Positions 1 to 11,367 of a stretch of DNA of 64,000 bases are shown here, one piece after another. Below the pieces are notes generated by a model, which was not told where the DNA came from, did no database searches, and saw only the letters and a list, made by a program, of their open reading frames with translations. This DNA is from Alphaproteobacteria bacterium (lineage in GTDB: Bacteria; Pseudomonadota; Alphaproteobacteria; UBA2966). Position numbers and translations under genes: made by a program. Location of the stretch: the NCBI GenBank assembly GCA_964291395.2, contig OZ219858.1:224001-288000 (forward strand). The letters run 5' to 3'. Within the stretch, counting starts at the first letter, position 1. The number at the start of each line of letters is the position of its first letter.

Positions 1-2
1 AT

Positions 3-476
3 ACGGCCGTGGATGTCAGCGACACCATGTTCGGGTTGGCACGCGAGCGATTGGCGCAGTGGCCATCGCGGACCGAGGTTTACCTAACCACCGGAGAAAT
101 GGATCTCGAAGTCGATGATTCCAGCTGCGACAGGTTCATTTGTACATACGTATGCGATCTATTGAGCACCAACGACATCCACAAACTACTTGAAGAGGCG
201 CACCGTATCTTGCGACCGGGCGGATTGTTGTGCCTTGCGTCGTTGACCGCGGCCCATGGATTCGGAGCCAAGCTGGCGACAGGGCTGTGGCGACTCACCT
301 ACCTGATCAGCCCCGTCCTTGTGGGCGGTTGCCGGCCGATCAGGCTGTGGCGATATATCTACGCGGATTACTGGGAAGCCCGATTTCGCCGCGTCGTGTG
401 TCCCGGCGGCTTGTGCAGCGAAATTCTCGTTGCGAGCTGCATCAAGGACGGCGAGACGTTGTACGAAGATCGCTGA
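3..476 (+). CDS. Class I SAM-dependent methyltransferase, 5' truncated by the window edge
   Basis: Frame open from the window start (TAVDVSDTM); post-motif-I VDVS, 'CDRFICTYVCDLL' and 'HRILRPGGLLCL' are typical of the Methyltransf_11/25 fold. Confidence 0.75.
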   Translation, partial: TAVDVSDTMFGLARERLAQWPSRTEVYLTTGEMDLEVDDSSCDRFICTYVCDLLSTNDIHKLLEEAHRILRPGGLLCLASLTAAHGFGAKLATGLWRLTYLISPVLVGGCRPIRLWRYIYADYWEARFRRVVCPGGLCSEILVASCIKDGETLYEDR

Positions 477-655
477 TCAGCTTTCGTGAGGGAGCACCGC
501 GACAGGTTCTCAGGTCCCGGCCACCACGTTATGGTTGCCCATCTCGTATTCGTGCCCAAGCCGCCAACCGCAAGCCGGAAGCACCAAGAACCATTGGCTC
601 CAGCGCGCCTGATTCTGTAGCGTTGTGGGCCTGATCCCAGGAGATACGACCGAGT

Positions 656-877
656 ATGAACATCGAGATCGCTTACTGCTCAGTTTGAAACTACGAGCCT
701 AGGGCCCTCCGTGCGAGGGAACAGATCTTGGCCAGGGTGCCAGAAGCCAACGTCCGGCTCGTAAAAGGGAACACGGGTGACTTCGAAGTCACCGTGGGCG
801 GCGTGTTGAAGTTCTCCAAGCAGGAACTCAGGCGTTTTCCCACGGACGAGGAAACCGTCGGTCTGGTCTCGGGCTGA
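656..877 (+). CDS. SelW/SelT/SelH (Rdx family) selenoprotein, 73 aa, Sec at UGA 686-688
   Basis: Manual translation MNIEIAYCSV-U-NYEPRALRAREQILARVPEANVRLVKGNTGDFEVTVGGVLKFSKQELRRFPTDEETVGLVSG*; CxxU motif plus Rdx signatures GxFEV and FSK...RFP; RBS AGGAGA at 639-644. Confidence 0.88.
705..719 (+). promoter_or_regulatory. Putative bacterial SECIS upper hairpin
   Basis: Stem CCCTC/GAGGG with apical loop CGTGC (G then U near the loop start), beginning 21 nt after the in-frame UGA. Confidence 0.6.
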
Positions 878-902
878 GGCTGAATCGGCGTTGGCGAGGT
901 GT

Positions 903-976
903 TGGAGCGGGCGAGGGGAATCGAACCCCCGTCGTAAGCTTGGGAAGCTTCTGCTCTGCCATTGAGCTACGCCCGC
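903..976 (-). tRNA. tRNA-Gly(CCC)
   Basis: Reverse complement GCGGGCGTAGCTCAATGGCAGAGCAGAAGCTTCCCAAGCTTACGACGGGGGTTCGATTCCCCTCGCCCGCTCCA; cloverleaf, TTC loop, encoded CCA. Confidence 0.96.
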
Positions 977-1128
977 CCACCGATACCGGCAGTCAGCCGA
1001 ACGTCTAGATAGCATACTTCCGGGTTCGGCCGGGATGATCTTGCCGGATACTGGACATTGCCGAGTCTTGGATCGATATTCTGACATGGATACGCGTTGC
1101 TGGACCGGTAATCGTTTCGGAGCAGATC

Positions 1129-1521
1129 ATGTACAGCCAGAAGACGCGGTCGATCGAGGTCACGGTCAAGCCCATGTACCTCGACGACCAGTCCTCGCCG
1201 TCGGACGATCATTACGTGTGGGCCTATTGGGTCCGCATCGAGAACCAGGGATCGGAGACCGTGCAGCTCCGGTCACGGTATTGGCATATCACGGACGCGA
1301 CGGGCCGCATCCAGGAAGTCCGCGGTGCGGGGGTGATTGGCGAGCAACCAGTTCTGCAACCAGGTCAGTCCTTTGAGTACACGAGTGGAACGCCGCTGCC
1401 CACACCGTCCGGCATCATGCTGGGCCGCTACGAGATGGAATCGGAGCAGGGAGAGAGATTCGAAATCGACATTCCTGCGTTCTCACTGGACAGCCCGTAT
1501 CAGGAGAAGTCGATCAACTAG
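1129..1521 (+). CDS. apaG: Co2+/Mg2+ efflux-associated protein ApaG
   Basis: '[11 protein letters not shown]', 'RYWHITD', 'GAGVIGEQP', 'FEYTSG...TPSGIM'. Confidence 0.95.
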   Translation: MYSQKTRSIEVTVKPMYLDDQSSPSDDHYVWAYWVRIENQGSETVQLRSRYWHITDATGRIQEVRGAGVIGEQPVLQPGQSFEYTSGTPLPTPSGIMLGRYEMESEQGERFEIDIPAFSLDSPYQEKSIN

Positions 1522-1641
1522 ACCTTGGTTGTACGGGATCCACCCAATCGCCGGCAACGCGAGCAGGCTCGCGGCCGCGTGTATGTATGGTGATTGCAGG
1601 CCCATCGGGAAAAACCACATGCGAGATCGGGGAGATATCCG

Positions 1642-2289
1642 TTGACCGCGCAAATGACCGCCGAAGTGGACGAGAATGACGACGCGAATATCGCCGTGCA
1701 CCAGCGACCCACCCGGGCACAGGCGGAGGACGCGATTCGGACCCTCATCGCGTGGCTCGGCGACGATCCGAGTCGTGAAGGCCTGACCGGCACACCCAGA
1801 CGGGTCATACGCGCCTACCAGGAATTTTTCAGCGGCTACGAGGACGACCCGGTCGGATATCTGCAGCAGACGTTCGAAGAAGTGGATGGGTATGACGAGA
1901 TGGTCGTCCTGCGGGACATCCGCTTCGAGTCGCACTGCGAACACCACATGCTTCCGATCATCGGGTGTGCCCACGTCGCCTACCTGCCCACGTGTCGGGT
2001 CGTCGGGATCAGCAAGCTCGCGCGGGTCGTCGAGGCCTACGCCAAGCGGCTGCAAATACAGGAAAAACTCACCGCGCAGATCGCGAATACGGTGAACGAG
2101 GTGCTGCAGCCTCAGGGGGTTGGCGTTGTGGTCGAGGCCGCGCACCAGTGCATGACGATGCGGGGTGTCCACAAGCCCGGCGTCACCATGGTGACCAGCC
2201 AGATGCTCGGCAGGTTCAGAAGTGACTCCAGAACCCGGCGCGAATTCATGTCCTTGATCAACCACCAAAGCGGCTCGACGAATCTCTGA
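1642..2289 (+). CDS. folE: GTP cyclohydrolase I
   Basis: '[11 protein letters not shown]', 'SHCEHHMLP', '[10 protein letters not shown]...RLQIQEKLT', 'HQCMTMRGV'; start (TTG 1642 or ATG 1654) uncertain. Confidence 0.95.
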   Translation: MTAQMTAEVDENDDANIAVHQRPTRAQAEDAIRTLIAWLGDDPSREGLTGTPRRVIRAYQEFFSGYEDDPVGYLQQTFEEVDGYDEMVVLRDIRFESHCEHHMLPIIGCAHVAYLPTCRVVGISKLARVVEAYAKRLQIQEKLTAQIANTVNEVLQPQGVGVVVEAAHQCMTMRGVHKPGVTMVTSQMLGRFRSDSRTRREFMSLINHQSGSTNL

Positions 2290-2350
2290 CCGACGTCGCT
2301 GAGGCTCTGCCTCGGACGAAGCACGACGGCCATTGGCGGGCGAAGCGGCG

Positions 2351-3796
2351 ATGGACTATCGGCCCATCTTCTTCATCGTTGGCATTCTGCTGGTCATGCT
2401 CGGCGTTGCGATGCTGATACCGGCCATCGTGGACGCGGCCGCCCACAATCCGGATTGGTCCGTGTTCCTGGCATCGGCTTTTCTGACGCTGTTCGTGGGC
2501 GGCACTTTCATACTCATGAACCGTTCGCGGTTCGGGTTCCTTGGCGTCCGGCAGGCGTTCGTCCTTACCACCATGAGCTGGATCGTCATTGCGGCGTTCG
2601 GCGCCCTGCCGTTCACGTTCTCCAACCTGGAACTCACTTATACCGACGCGTTCTTTGAGGCCATGTCCGGAATCACGACCACTGGGTCGACCGTGGTGAC
2701 AGGGTTGGATTCGGCTCCTCCGGGAATCCTGTTGTGGCGGTCGCTCCTGCAGTGGCTTGGGGGGATCGGCATAGTCGTGATGGCTATCGCGGTGCTTCCC
2801 ATGTTGCGTGTCGGCGGCATGCAGCTGTTCCACATGGAATCATCCGATCGTTCCGACAAGATGATGCCGCGGGCAACTCAAATCTCCACGACCATCGCCG
2901 CGATATACCTTCTGCTGACTGCCGCGTGCTTCGCTGCATATTGGGCGGCGGGAATGCCACCCTTCGACGCGGTTGCCCATTCGATGACGACCATCGCGAC
3001 AGGCGGCTTTTCCACCTCGGATGCATCGCTTGGTCATTTTCAATCCCCGGCGGTTCACTGGATCGCGGTGTGTTTCATGATTCTGGGAAGTCTGCCGTTC
3101 CTACTCTATTTCGAGACGGTGCGCGGCCGGGCAACCGCTCTCTGGCGAGACACCCAGGTGCGCTGGTTCTGCGGCATTACGGTCCTCAGCTTCGCCGCCA
3201 TGGTCTATTGGCGCTGGCGTGACGCCGACGGACCCTTCCACGACACGCTTCGGGACTGCGCCTTCAATGTGACCTCGATCATTACGGGGACCGGATACTC
3301 GACCGCCGACTACACGACGTGGGGAACGTTCGCCGTCTCGGCATTCTTTCTGTTCATGTTCGTGGGAGGCTGCGCGGGGTCCACGTCGTGCAGCATCAAG
3401 ATTTTTCGGTTCCAGATCCTGTTCTCGGTCCTGCGCACCCAGTTGCTCCGATTGTGGCAGCCGCACGGCGTGTTCGTCCCCTATTACAACCGGAAACCTA
3501 TCGACGAATCGGTCACTGAAGCGGTGATGGTGTTCTTCTTCCTGTTCATCTTGACGTTTGGCGTGCTCGCGCTCGCGCTTGCCGTCATCGGACTCGATTT
3601 CGTGACGAGTATTTCGGGCGCGGCAACCGCCATCGCGAACGTCGGACCTGCGCTTGGCGACACGATCGGGCCGGGCGGCACCTTCACGTCACTGCCGGAC
3701 TCGGCCAAATGGGTGTTGAGCGCCGGCATGCTTCTCGGGCGGCTCGAGCTGCTCACCGTGCTGGTACTGTTCACGCCGGGCTTCTGGAGGGCCTGA
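2351..3796 (+). CDS. trkH: Trk potassium uptake permease
   Basis: Pore loops 'SGITTTGST', 'TIATGGFS', 'TGTGYST', 'GGCAGST', 'ANVGPALG', 'LGRLE'; multi-TM. Confidence 0.93.
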   Translation: MDYRPIFFIVGILLVMLGVAMLIPAIVDAAAHNPDWSVFLASAFLTLFVGGTFILMNRSRFGFLGVRQAFVLTTMSWIVIAAFGALPFTFSNLELTYTDAFFEAMSGITTTGSTVVTGLDSAPPGILLWRSLLQWLGGIGIVVMAIAVLPMLRVGGMQLFHMESSDRSDKMMPRATQISTTIAAIYLLLTAACFAAYWAAGMPPFDAVAHSMTTIATGGFSTSDASLGHFQSPAVHWIAVCFMILGSLPFLLYFETVRGRATALWRDTQVRWFCGITVLSFAAMVYWRWRDADGPFHDTLRDCAFNVTSIITGTGYSTADYTTWGTFAVSAFFLFMFVGGCAGSTSCSIKIFRFQILFSVLRTQLLRLWQPHGVFVPYYNRKPIDESVTEAVMVFFFLFILTFGVLALALAVIGLDFVTSISGAATAIANVGPALGDTIGPGGTFTSLPDSAKWVLSAGMLLGRLELLTVLVLFTPGFWRA

Positions 3797-3928
3797 GGTC
3801 ACTTCAACCAACCTGCGGCCCGGTCTCGCGCGGGTGGACGCTTCGGCGGCGGCGGCGCTATCGTTCGCCTTCTGGTCGCCGCGCATGAGTCGGTGGGCGC
3901 CGACCCGCCCGTGTTCCGGAAGAGTCTT

Positions 3929-5095
3929 ATGTCAGAACCCGCACCTTCCGCAGTGGAACTTCTCGAGAAACTCGTCGCATTCGACACGACGAGCCGCAAT
4001 TCCAACCTCGAGCTGATTCGGTTTGCCACGGACTATCTCGCCGCATACGGCGTCGACGCGGCGGTGATCCACGATGATACGAAAACGAAGGCGAATCTCT
4101 ACGCGACGCTAGGCCCCAAGCGGGACGGCGGCATCGTGTTGTCGGGCCACACCGACGTCGTGCCGGTGGACGGCCAGGACTGGCACACGGACCCCTTCGC
4201 TCTCGTGGAATCCAACGGCAGGCTTTTCGGTCGCGGGACCGCCGACATGAAAGGTTTTTGCGCCGCCGTGTTGGCGATGGTTCCCGAGTTCCTGTCACGG
4301 ACGCTCAAGGCGCCGCTTCACATCGCGTTCTCCTACGACGAGGAGGTGGGCTGTGTCGGTGTCCACGGCATGATTCCCTGCGTCGTCGTGCCCGGCGTCA
4401 CCCCCAAGGCCGTCATCGTCGGCGAACCGACCAGTATGCGAGTGGTCAATGCGCACAAGGGCATCCGCGCCTTTCGGACGACCGTGACCGGATTGGAGTC
4501 GCACTCGAGCGCCACCCACAAGGGCGTCAACGCCGTGATGGTCGCCGCAGAGCTGATTTCCTTCCTGTCGCGGGTGGCCGCGGACGAAAAGGCCGCCGCC
4601 GATCCGGAATCCCGCTTCGACCCGCCCTTCACGAGCGTCAGCGTGGGGCCCGTCTCGGGAGGGACGGCGCTCAACATCATCCCCCGGCACTGCAGTTTCG
4701 TATGGGAGTACAGACCCCTCCCCGATGCCGAAGAAAACGAGATCTTCGAGCGCTTCATGCAATACGTGGAGGACGACGTCCTGCCCCCCCTGCGTCAGAT
4801 CTCCGACGAGGTGTCGGTCGAGACCGCCGCGCTGGCGCGGGTCCCACCGCTGGTTCCGGAAGACGACTCGTCCATCGAGACATTGATCATGGCTCTAGCG
4901 GGAACGAACCAGACCTTCACCGTCTCCTACGGGACGGAGGCTGGCGTGTTTCGCGAGGCCGGCATACCCGCGGTTGTCTGCGGCCCCGGCGATATCATGC
5001 AAGCGCACAGGCCGAACGAATTCATCACCATCGAGCAAATGGAGGCGTGCACCGATTTCCTGCGCCGGGTCCTGGATCACGTTGCCGAGTCCTGA
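3929..5095 (+). CDS. argE: Acetylornithine deacetylase (M20 family)
   Basis: '[10 protein letters not shown]', 'GRGTADMKGF', 'SYDEEVGC', 'GEPT', 'AHRPNEFI'. Confidence 0.9.
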   Translation: MSEPAPSAVELLEKLVAFDTTSRNSNLELIRFATDYLAAYGVDAAVIHDDTKTKANLYATLGPKRDGGIVLSGHTDVVPVDGQDWHTDPFALVESNGRLFGRGTADMKGFCAAVLAMVPEFLSRTLKAPLHIAFSYDEEVGCVGVHGMIPCVVVPGVTPKAVIVGEPTSMRVVNAHKGIRAFRTTVTGLESHSSATHKGVNAVMVAAELISFLSRVAADEKAAADPESRFDPPFTSVSVGPVSGGTALNIIPRHCSFVWEYRPLPDAEENEIFERFMQYVEDDVLPPLRQISDEVSVETAALARVPPLVPEDDSSIETLIMALAGTNQTFTVSYGTEAGVFREAGIPAVVCGPGDIMQAHRPNEFITIEQMEACTDFLRRVLDHVAES

Positions 5096-5200
5096 CAGGG
5101 CGCGCCCCATGACGGTTCGAGCCCGACCGGAGCCGCCCCGGCGGAGCGCCGCCGCGCCGCCTGGCGCGCGAAGCCCGGAGGCCCGGTGCCACGGACCGGT

Positions 5201-5800
5201 CTACAAGAGATCCTTCCGCATATGCTGACGGATGTTGGCTTCCAGCACGGAATTCAGCTCCTTGATCATCTCCTCGGTCATTTCGAAGAAGAGCCGATCC
5301 CGTTCCGCCAGCGTCATCTCCTCGGGCATCGTGCGCGATCGGACCACGCGCGCGGTCGCGAACGAATCGCGGTACCCGCGTTCCGCCCTGACTTCGACAC
5401 GCGCTTCGAGCGCCGCGTCGTACCGGACTCCCTGCTCCTTGTACAGAAGGCCCCGCAGTCCCTTGCGCACCTTCAGCGGAACGGCGACCACGCGGGCGTC
5501 CTCGATGATGACGCGGCCGCGGCGGGTCTCTCCCGCCGCCTGAATGCGGTCAATGGCCCACTGACGCATCGCCGACAGAGGCGTGAGGGGAAACTGATGC
5601 TCCACATGCGGCGCATGAAGGGGCGGAACATAGTTTTCGACGATTTCCACCTCGGCGACGTTCAGACGGATCGGCGGCAGGTGGCTGAACGTGATTTCGG
5701 GGTAAGCCGCGGGCGGAGCGGGAACAGCGCACGACGCGACCCAGAAACTCGCCAGCAAGACTGCCGTCGCGGTTACGGCACGGGTAGAACCGTTCATCAT
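5201..5800 (-). CDS. Hypothetical lipoprotein
   Basis: Signal peptide with lipobox-like VASC; follows argF on the same strand. Confidence 0.6.
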   Translation of the reverse strand: MMNGSTRAVTATAVLLASFWVASCAVPAPPAAYPEITFSHLPPIRLNVAEVEIVENYVPPLHAPHVEHQFPLTPLSAMRQWAIDRIQAAGETRRGRVIIEDARVVAVPLKVRKGLRGLLYKEQGVRYDAALEARVEVRAERGYRDSFATARVVRSRTMPEEMTLAERDRLFFEMTEEMIKELNSVLEANIRQHMRKDLL

Positions 5801-5904
5801 ACCAAGGCGGTTCCCTGATGCGGAGCCTCGTGCACCCAAAGATGGTGCCGGAAATGCACCTTTACAAGACTCTTGGGTGCCCCATGCTCGTTCCGATCAA
5901 GAGG

Positions 5905-6831
<927 letters not shown>

Positions 6832-6850
6832 GGTGAGCCCTGGGGCCCGA

Positions 6851-8023
6851 TTACCCTCTGAGGCGTTCGCATACGGCTTCGAGTATTCGCACGGCATCGT
6901 CGACCTGATCCTCGTCGACGATGAGAGGCGGCAAGAAACGAACCACGTTGTCGGCGGCGGCCACGGCCAACAGGCCGTCGTCCCGCAGCGCATCGATCAC
7001 GTCGCCGGCCGGGACGGCGCATTTCAATCCAACCAGCAGGCCCAGGCCACGCACCTCCTCCACGATCTCGGGATAGGCGTCCGCGACAGAACCCAGTTTC
7101 TGTCTCATGAGGCCGGCGAGGCGTTGTACGTTGGCGAGGAAACCGTCCTCCAGCATGACATCCAGCACGGCGTCCGCCGCCGCCATGGCGAGCGGATTGC
7201 CCCCGAAGGTCGATCCGTGACTGCCCGACGTCATGGCGCCGGCCACCTTTGCGGAGGCGAGGCAGGCACCGACGGGGAACCCGCCCGCCAGGGCCTTCGC
7301 GACGGCCATGACATCGGGGACGACATCGTCCCATTGGTGCGCGAACAATTTCCCGGTGCGCCCCATTCCCGTCTGGACTTCGTCGTAGAACAGGAGAATT
7401 CCCGCGGCATCCGCGATTCCACGGAGTGCCTTGAGGTAACCTGGAGGCATGGGGTGAACGCCGCCTTCGCCTTGAACGGGCTCGACGAGTATCGCCGCCG
7501 TCTCGTCCGTGACGGCCCGTTTCATCGCCTCCAGATCCCCAAACGGAACCTGGTCGAAGCCATCGACCAACGGACCGAACCCGGCAAGGTGCTTCTCTTG
7601 GCGGCCGGCGGCGAGCTCTGCCAGCGTCCGCCCGTGAAACGCGCCCTCCACCGTGACGACCCGCCACCGCCTCGGGTTGCCTTCCTCGTGATGGAATCTG
7701 CGAACGGTCTTGAGGCCGGTTTCCACGGCCTCGGCACCCGAATTGCAGAAGAACACGGCGTCCGCGAAGGAATTCGCCGTCAGCTTCGCAGCCACCCGTT
7801 CCTGCTCCGGGATGCGGTAAAGGTTCGAAACGTGCCAAAGCCTTTCGGCCTGACGTTTCACTGCCTGTACCATTCTCGGGTGGCAATGGCCGAGGGCGTT
7901 GACGGCGATTCCCGCGGCAAAATCGAGATACCGCCGCCCATCGGTGTCGAACAGATAAGCCCCTTCGCCGCGCTCGAAGGCGACGTCATAGCGGGCATAG
8001 GTCGGGTAGAGCGGTGTATTCAT
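6851..8023 (-). CDS. argD: Acetylornithine aminotransferase (class III PLP)
   Basis: 'NSGAEAVE', 'FHGRT', '[11 protein letters not shown]', 'AKALAGG', '[10 protein letters not shown]'; adjacent to argF. Confidence 0.93.
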   Translation of the reverse strand: MNTPLYPTYARYDVAFERGEGAYLFDTDGRRYLDFAAGIAVNALGHCHPRMVQAVKRQAERLWHVSNLYRIPEQERVAAKLTANSFADAVFFCNSGAEAVETGLKTVRRFHHEEGNPRRWRVVTVEGAFHGRTLAELAAGRQEKHLAGFGPLVDGFDQVPFGDLEAMKRAVTDETAAILVEPVQGEGGVHPMPPGYLKALRGIADAAGILLFYDEVQTGMGRTGKLFAHQWDDVVPDVMAVAKALAGGFPVGACLASAKVAGAMTSGSHGSTFGGNPLAMAAADAVLDVMLEDGFLANVQRLAGLMRQKLGSVADAYPEIVEEVRGLGLLVGLKCAVPAGDVIDALRDDGLLAVAAADNVVRFLPPLIVDEDQVDDAVRILEAVCERLRG

Positions 8024-8349
8024 GGTTCTTGGCCTGTGCACCGCGCGCGGATACGTTCGGGCGACGGGCGGAGAAAGGCGGGGAGTATGGTGACGGCGCC
8101 GCATGGTGTCAACGCGCGGAACCGTCCGCGGTCCGGGCTGCGTTGCTCAACGCCAAGGAGAACGTCGTCAGGAATGGAAACCCCGATTCGGATGGTGCCC
8201 GACGGTCCGCCGAACGACCTTTCGAAAGCGCCGAATTTCCTCGAGATACGGTGTCCAGGCACCAAGCCGTTCATTCGGTCGAGCGACACGCCCGATATCG
8301 TCATCGCGACTCCCGGTGCTCGGTTTCCGAAAGGAGCCTCGAAGCCCGC

Positions 8350-10662
8350 CTAATCGTCGCTATCGTCGGGAACGTCGGCCGCACGGCGTTGTGACGGTTC
8401 CGGCACGATGCCGCTTGACGGTTTCGCGTGTTCGCCCCGATGCCGGCTCACGCGTAACGGCGGCGCCTGCGCATCCTTGTCTTCCCCGAAATAGATGGTT
8501 TGATGCGGGAAAGGAATCTCGATTCCATGGTCGTCGAACTTGCGCTTCATCCGTCGGTTGAACTCTCGCGAGACCGCCCATTGCCGTCCCGGACTCGTCT
8601 TGAGGCGCACACGAACGACGACCGCGGAGTCCGCGAGCTCCTGCACACCCAATACCTCGAGAGGCTCCGGCAGATCATCGGCAAAATCCGGATCCTCCCT
8701 GAGCTCCGCGCCGATCTCTTCAAGCAACTGCGTGACGTCATCCGTATTCTCCCGATAGGCGATACCGGCATCGATGACGGCGTACGAGAATTCCTTCGTG
8801 AAGTTCGTGACGTCGGTGACCGCGCTGAAGGGCACGACGTGAACGCGGCCGTGCAGATCCCGCAGATTTATCGTGCGAACCGTGAGCCCCTCGACGACGC
8901 CCGTGTAACCGCCGACGCTCACGACGTCGCCCACCGCGATCTGGTCCTCGAACAGGATGAAGGCGCCCGTGATGACATCCTTGACCAGAGTCTGTGCGCC
9001 GAAGCCGATCGCAAGTCCCGCGACACCGGCACCGGCAAGAAGTGGGCCGATGTCGACACCCAGTTCCGACAGCACGGTCAGCGTCACTACGGAACCTATG
9101 ACGATCAGCAGAGCATTCCTTGCCAGCGGGAGCAGCGTCCTGACACGCGCACTGGCCGTGACTGACGAATCCTCGGCGTCGGCCCGCTCCAGGTAAACCG
9201 AAATGAGGAGACTGACCAGTTCCCAAATGGCCAGTCCCACCAGAAGAACCAACGCGATGCTGAAGGCTCGGGTAACGAGGATTTGCCCCGATTCCCCCAG
9301 GAACCAGGCGAAGACATCGATGTGCCAGGCCTGCAGCACCAGGAACGCCGCGACCGTGTAGATGGCAACGGTAAAGAGCCGGGAGATCAGCGGGACGTAA
9401 CGGTTGGCTCGTTGCTCGACTTGGGGATAGCGCTGGCGTATGTCACTGGATACTCGAAACAACCGGCGCACGCCTCGGTGCGCGACCCCGTTCACCAGTC
9501 GTGCGACGATCAGGATCACCACGGTCACGGCCGTCGCTCTGGCGACAAAAACGAACCCGCCCGGAACCTCGAGCGCCCAGATCAAATACACGCCTGCGAT
9601 ATAGAGAGCGCACAGGATATGCCAGACCTCGGCGATGCGCCCCCGCAACCCGTCCCACGCACGCGCCGTGGGTGACCGGGACGTCTGATCGGGACTCATC
9701 GCGTTGGCGACCGCTTCACGCATCTGCAGGACCAGCACGATCAGTAGAATCGTTTCCAAGAGGCCGACCAGCTTCAACAGGCCGGTGTAGCCCGCGGGAG
9801 GCAATCCCAGCGCGAGCGCAGCCTGAAGCAGGAAGAACCCGAAGACGGGTACGTTCACGAGGCGTTTCAACCACAGGTACGCGTACACCGCCGTCTGGTC
9901 ACTGATGTCGATGAGCCGAAGCGACGGGACCAGCGGCGCGAACGACATCCGCAGGACCACGACGATACCGCGCGAGATTGCGACCGCGTTCACGATGGCG
10001 ACGATCGCGATCCGAGTCGCCGGATTGGGATCGGCCACGGCGACCGTCAAATATGCGGCCACGGCAAAAGCCGCGACGGTCAGGAAATCCAGGACGGTTC
10101 GTGCGGCCAGCGACGTCGCCCTGACACCCAGCGAGGATGCCTCGCGCTGTTCGACCGCCAGGCGGGGACGTGCCAGCACTTTGTGCACGAACCATCCGAC
10201 CAGTGCGCCTGCCAGCACGACGATGGCCAGGTGGAGCAGGAGATCGACCCAGATCCTGCGCCGTTCGAAATCCTGGGCTTGATCGATGATCCACCTGCCC
10301 GTCTTGCGTGGATCGCCGACGAGGCCGGCGAGCGCCCCGAACTGCGCGCCGAGCGTAGCGGCCTTCTCGGCAATGACGGACAACGTGGGACTCGCCACCG
10401 GCTCGACCGGCGGCGCAGCCTCCGGTTCGAAACCTGGATGCGTGGCGAGCAAGGTCTTCAGGTGTTTGAGGAATCGCTGCCGCGCGGCGTCGTCTTCGAG
10501 CGTTTCTATGACGGCCGAAAGCTCTTCGACCGGCACGTCGTCGGTCTGCGCGCTGACGGGAGTGGACGTCCACGGCTGGAACACGCAGAACCATACGATT
10601 CCAACCAGAATGGTGACGCGCCACGATAATCGCGACGAACGGTCGATCCCGCTCATGTGCAT
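8350..10662 (-). CDS. Large MscS-family mechanosensitive channel (YbiO-like)
   Basis: 'PLLAGAGVAGLAIGFGAQTLVKDVITG', 'GIEIPFP', many N-terminal TM helices; start uncertain. Confidence 0.88.
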   Translation of the reverse strand: MHMSGIDRSSRLSWRVTILVGIVWFCVFQPWTSTPVSAQTDDVPVEELSAVIETLEDDAARQRFLKHLKTLLATHPGFEPEAAPPVEPVASPTLSVIAEKAATLGAQFGALAGLVGDPRKTGRWIIDQAQDFERRRIWVDLLLHLAIVVLAGALVGWFVHKVLARPRLAVEQREASSLGVRATSLAARTVLDFLTVAAFAVAAYLTVAVADPNPATRIAIVAIVNAVAISRGIVVVLRMSFAPLVPSLRLIDISDQTAVYAYLWLKRLVNVPVFGFFLLQAALALGLPPAGYTGLLKLVGLLETILLIVLVLQMREAVANAMSPDQTSRSPTARAWDGLRGRIAEVWHILCALYIAGVYLIWALEVPGGFVFVARATAVTVVILIVARLVNGVAHRGVRRLFRVSSDIRQRYPQVEQRANRYVPLISRLFTVAIYTVAAFLVLQAWHIDVFAWFLGESGQILVTRAFSIALVLLVGLAIWELVSLLISVYLERADAEDSSVTASARVRTLLPLARNALLIVIGSVVTLTVLSELGVDIGPLLAGAGVAGLAIGFGAQTLVKDVITGAFILFEDQIAVGDVVSVGGYTGVVEGLTVRTINLRDLHGRVHVVPFSAVTDVTNFTKEFSYAVIDAGIAYRENTDDVTQLLEEIGAELREDPDFADDLPEPLEVLGVQELADSAVVVRVRLKTSPGRQWAVSREFNRRMKRKFDDHGIEIPFPHQTIYFGEDKDAQAPPLRVSRHRGEHAKPSSGIVPEPSQRRAADVPDDSDD

Positions 10663-10709
10663 TGTTCGCTTATCGATCATCAGCGGGCACACAGTACACG
10701 AAGAACCCC

Positions 10710-10979
10710 GGACCGGCATTGGTCCACGCGGCTCTCGGATTCCAGCTCGGTGCGTTCGACGCCAGGGTTCTCTCGGTGATGATCTTCGTGACGTTCCTGG
10801 TCAATATCTTCACGTCCGCAGGTCTCAAGTTCTGCGCGCCAGGACTTCACAAGCTGGGAGACACCGCGCACCTGCTGCTGAATGGAGATGCAAAGGGTGA
10901 GACCGGCGCGGCAGGCGATGCCGCGACGTCTGCCGCGTCACCACCGTCGCACGGAGTAGCGATTTCCGGAAAGACCTGA
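10710..10979 (+). pseudogene. Possible C-terminal remnant of a membrane transporter (cation:proton antiporter-like)
   Basis: 'GPALVHAALGFQLGAFDARVLSVMIFVTFLVNIFTSAGLK' resembles the last two helices of CPA2 antiporters; no convincing start. Confidence 0.3.
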
Positions 10980-11000
10980 GCGCGACGACCCTCGGAGGAA

Positions 11001-11078
11001 TGGCGCGCCCGGGAGGACTCGAACCCCCGACCCCCAGATTCGTAGTCTGGTGCTCTGATCCAACTGAGCTACGGGCGC
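11001..11078 (-). tRNA. tRNA-Arg(ACG)
   Basis: Reverse complement GCGCCCGTAGCTCAGTTGGATCAGAGCACCAGACTACGAATCTGGGGGTCGGGGGTTCGAGTCCTCCCGGGCGCGCCA. Confidence 0.96.
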
Positions 11079-11367
11079 TGCATCATTCGCGAGAAGACGG
11101 ATCGTTTTCGCGAAAGCGAGGCGACACTAAATAAAACGTTTCCCCCCCGCAAGGGGAAGGAAACCGGGTCTCGAATCGAGAACGTCCGATAATGGCTTAC
11201 AATGCTTGAAGAAAACGCGCTTGTGGCGATTCCGACCATTAGTTAAGATCACCGCCGACCGGAGGCTGCCTTTGGGCTTTTCAGCCAGTTTATGTTTGCC
11301 TTCCAATAGAACGGTTTCCTGCCGCGGCTAAGCCGACACGAAGTCAAAGCAAGTGGTATTCGCAGGC

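Noticed and set aside
680-1087. Minus-strand 135-aa ORF
   Set aside because: It runs through tRNA-Gly and is antisense to the selenoprotein gene; spurious.
1522-1641. Possible folE (THF-II) riboswitch upstream of folE
   Set aside because: I could not find the conserved core I recall for that motif; an Rfam scan would be needed.
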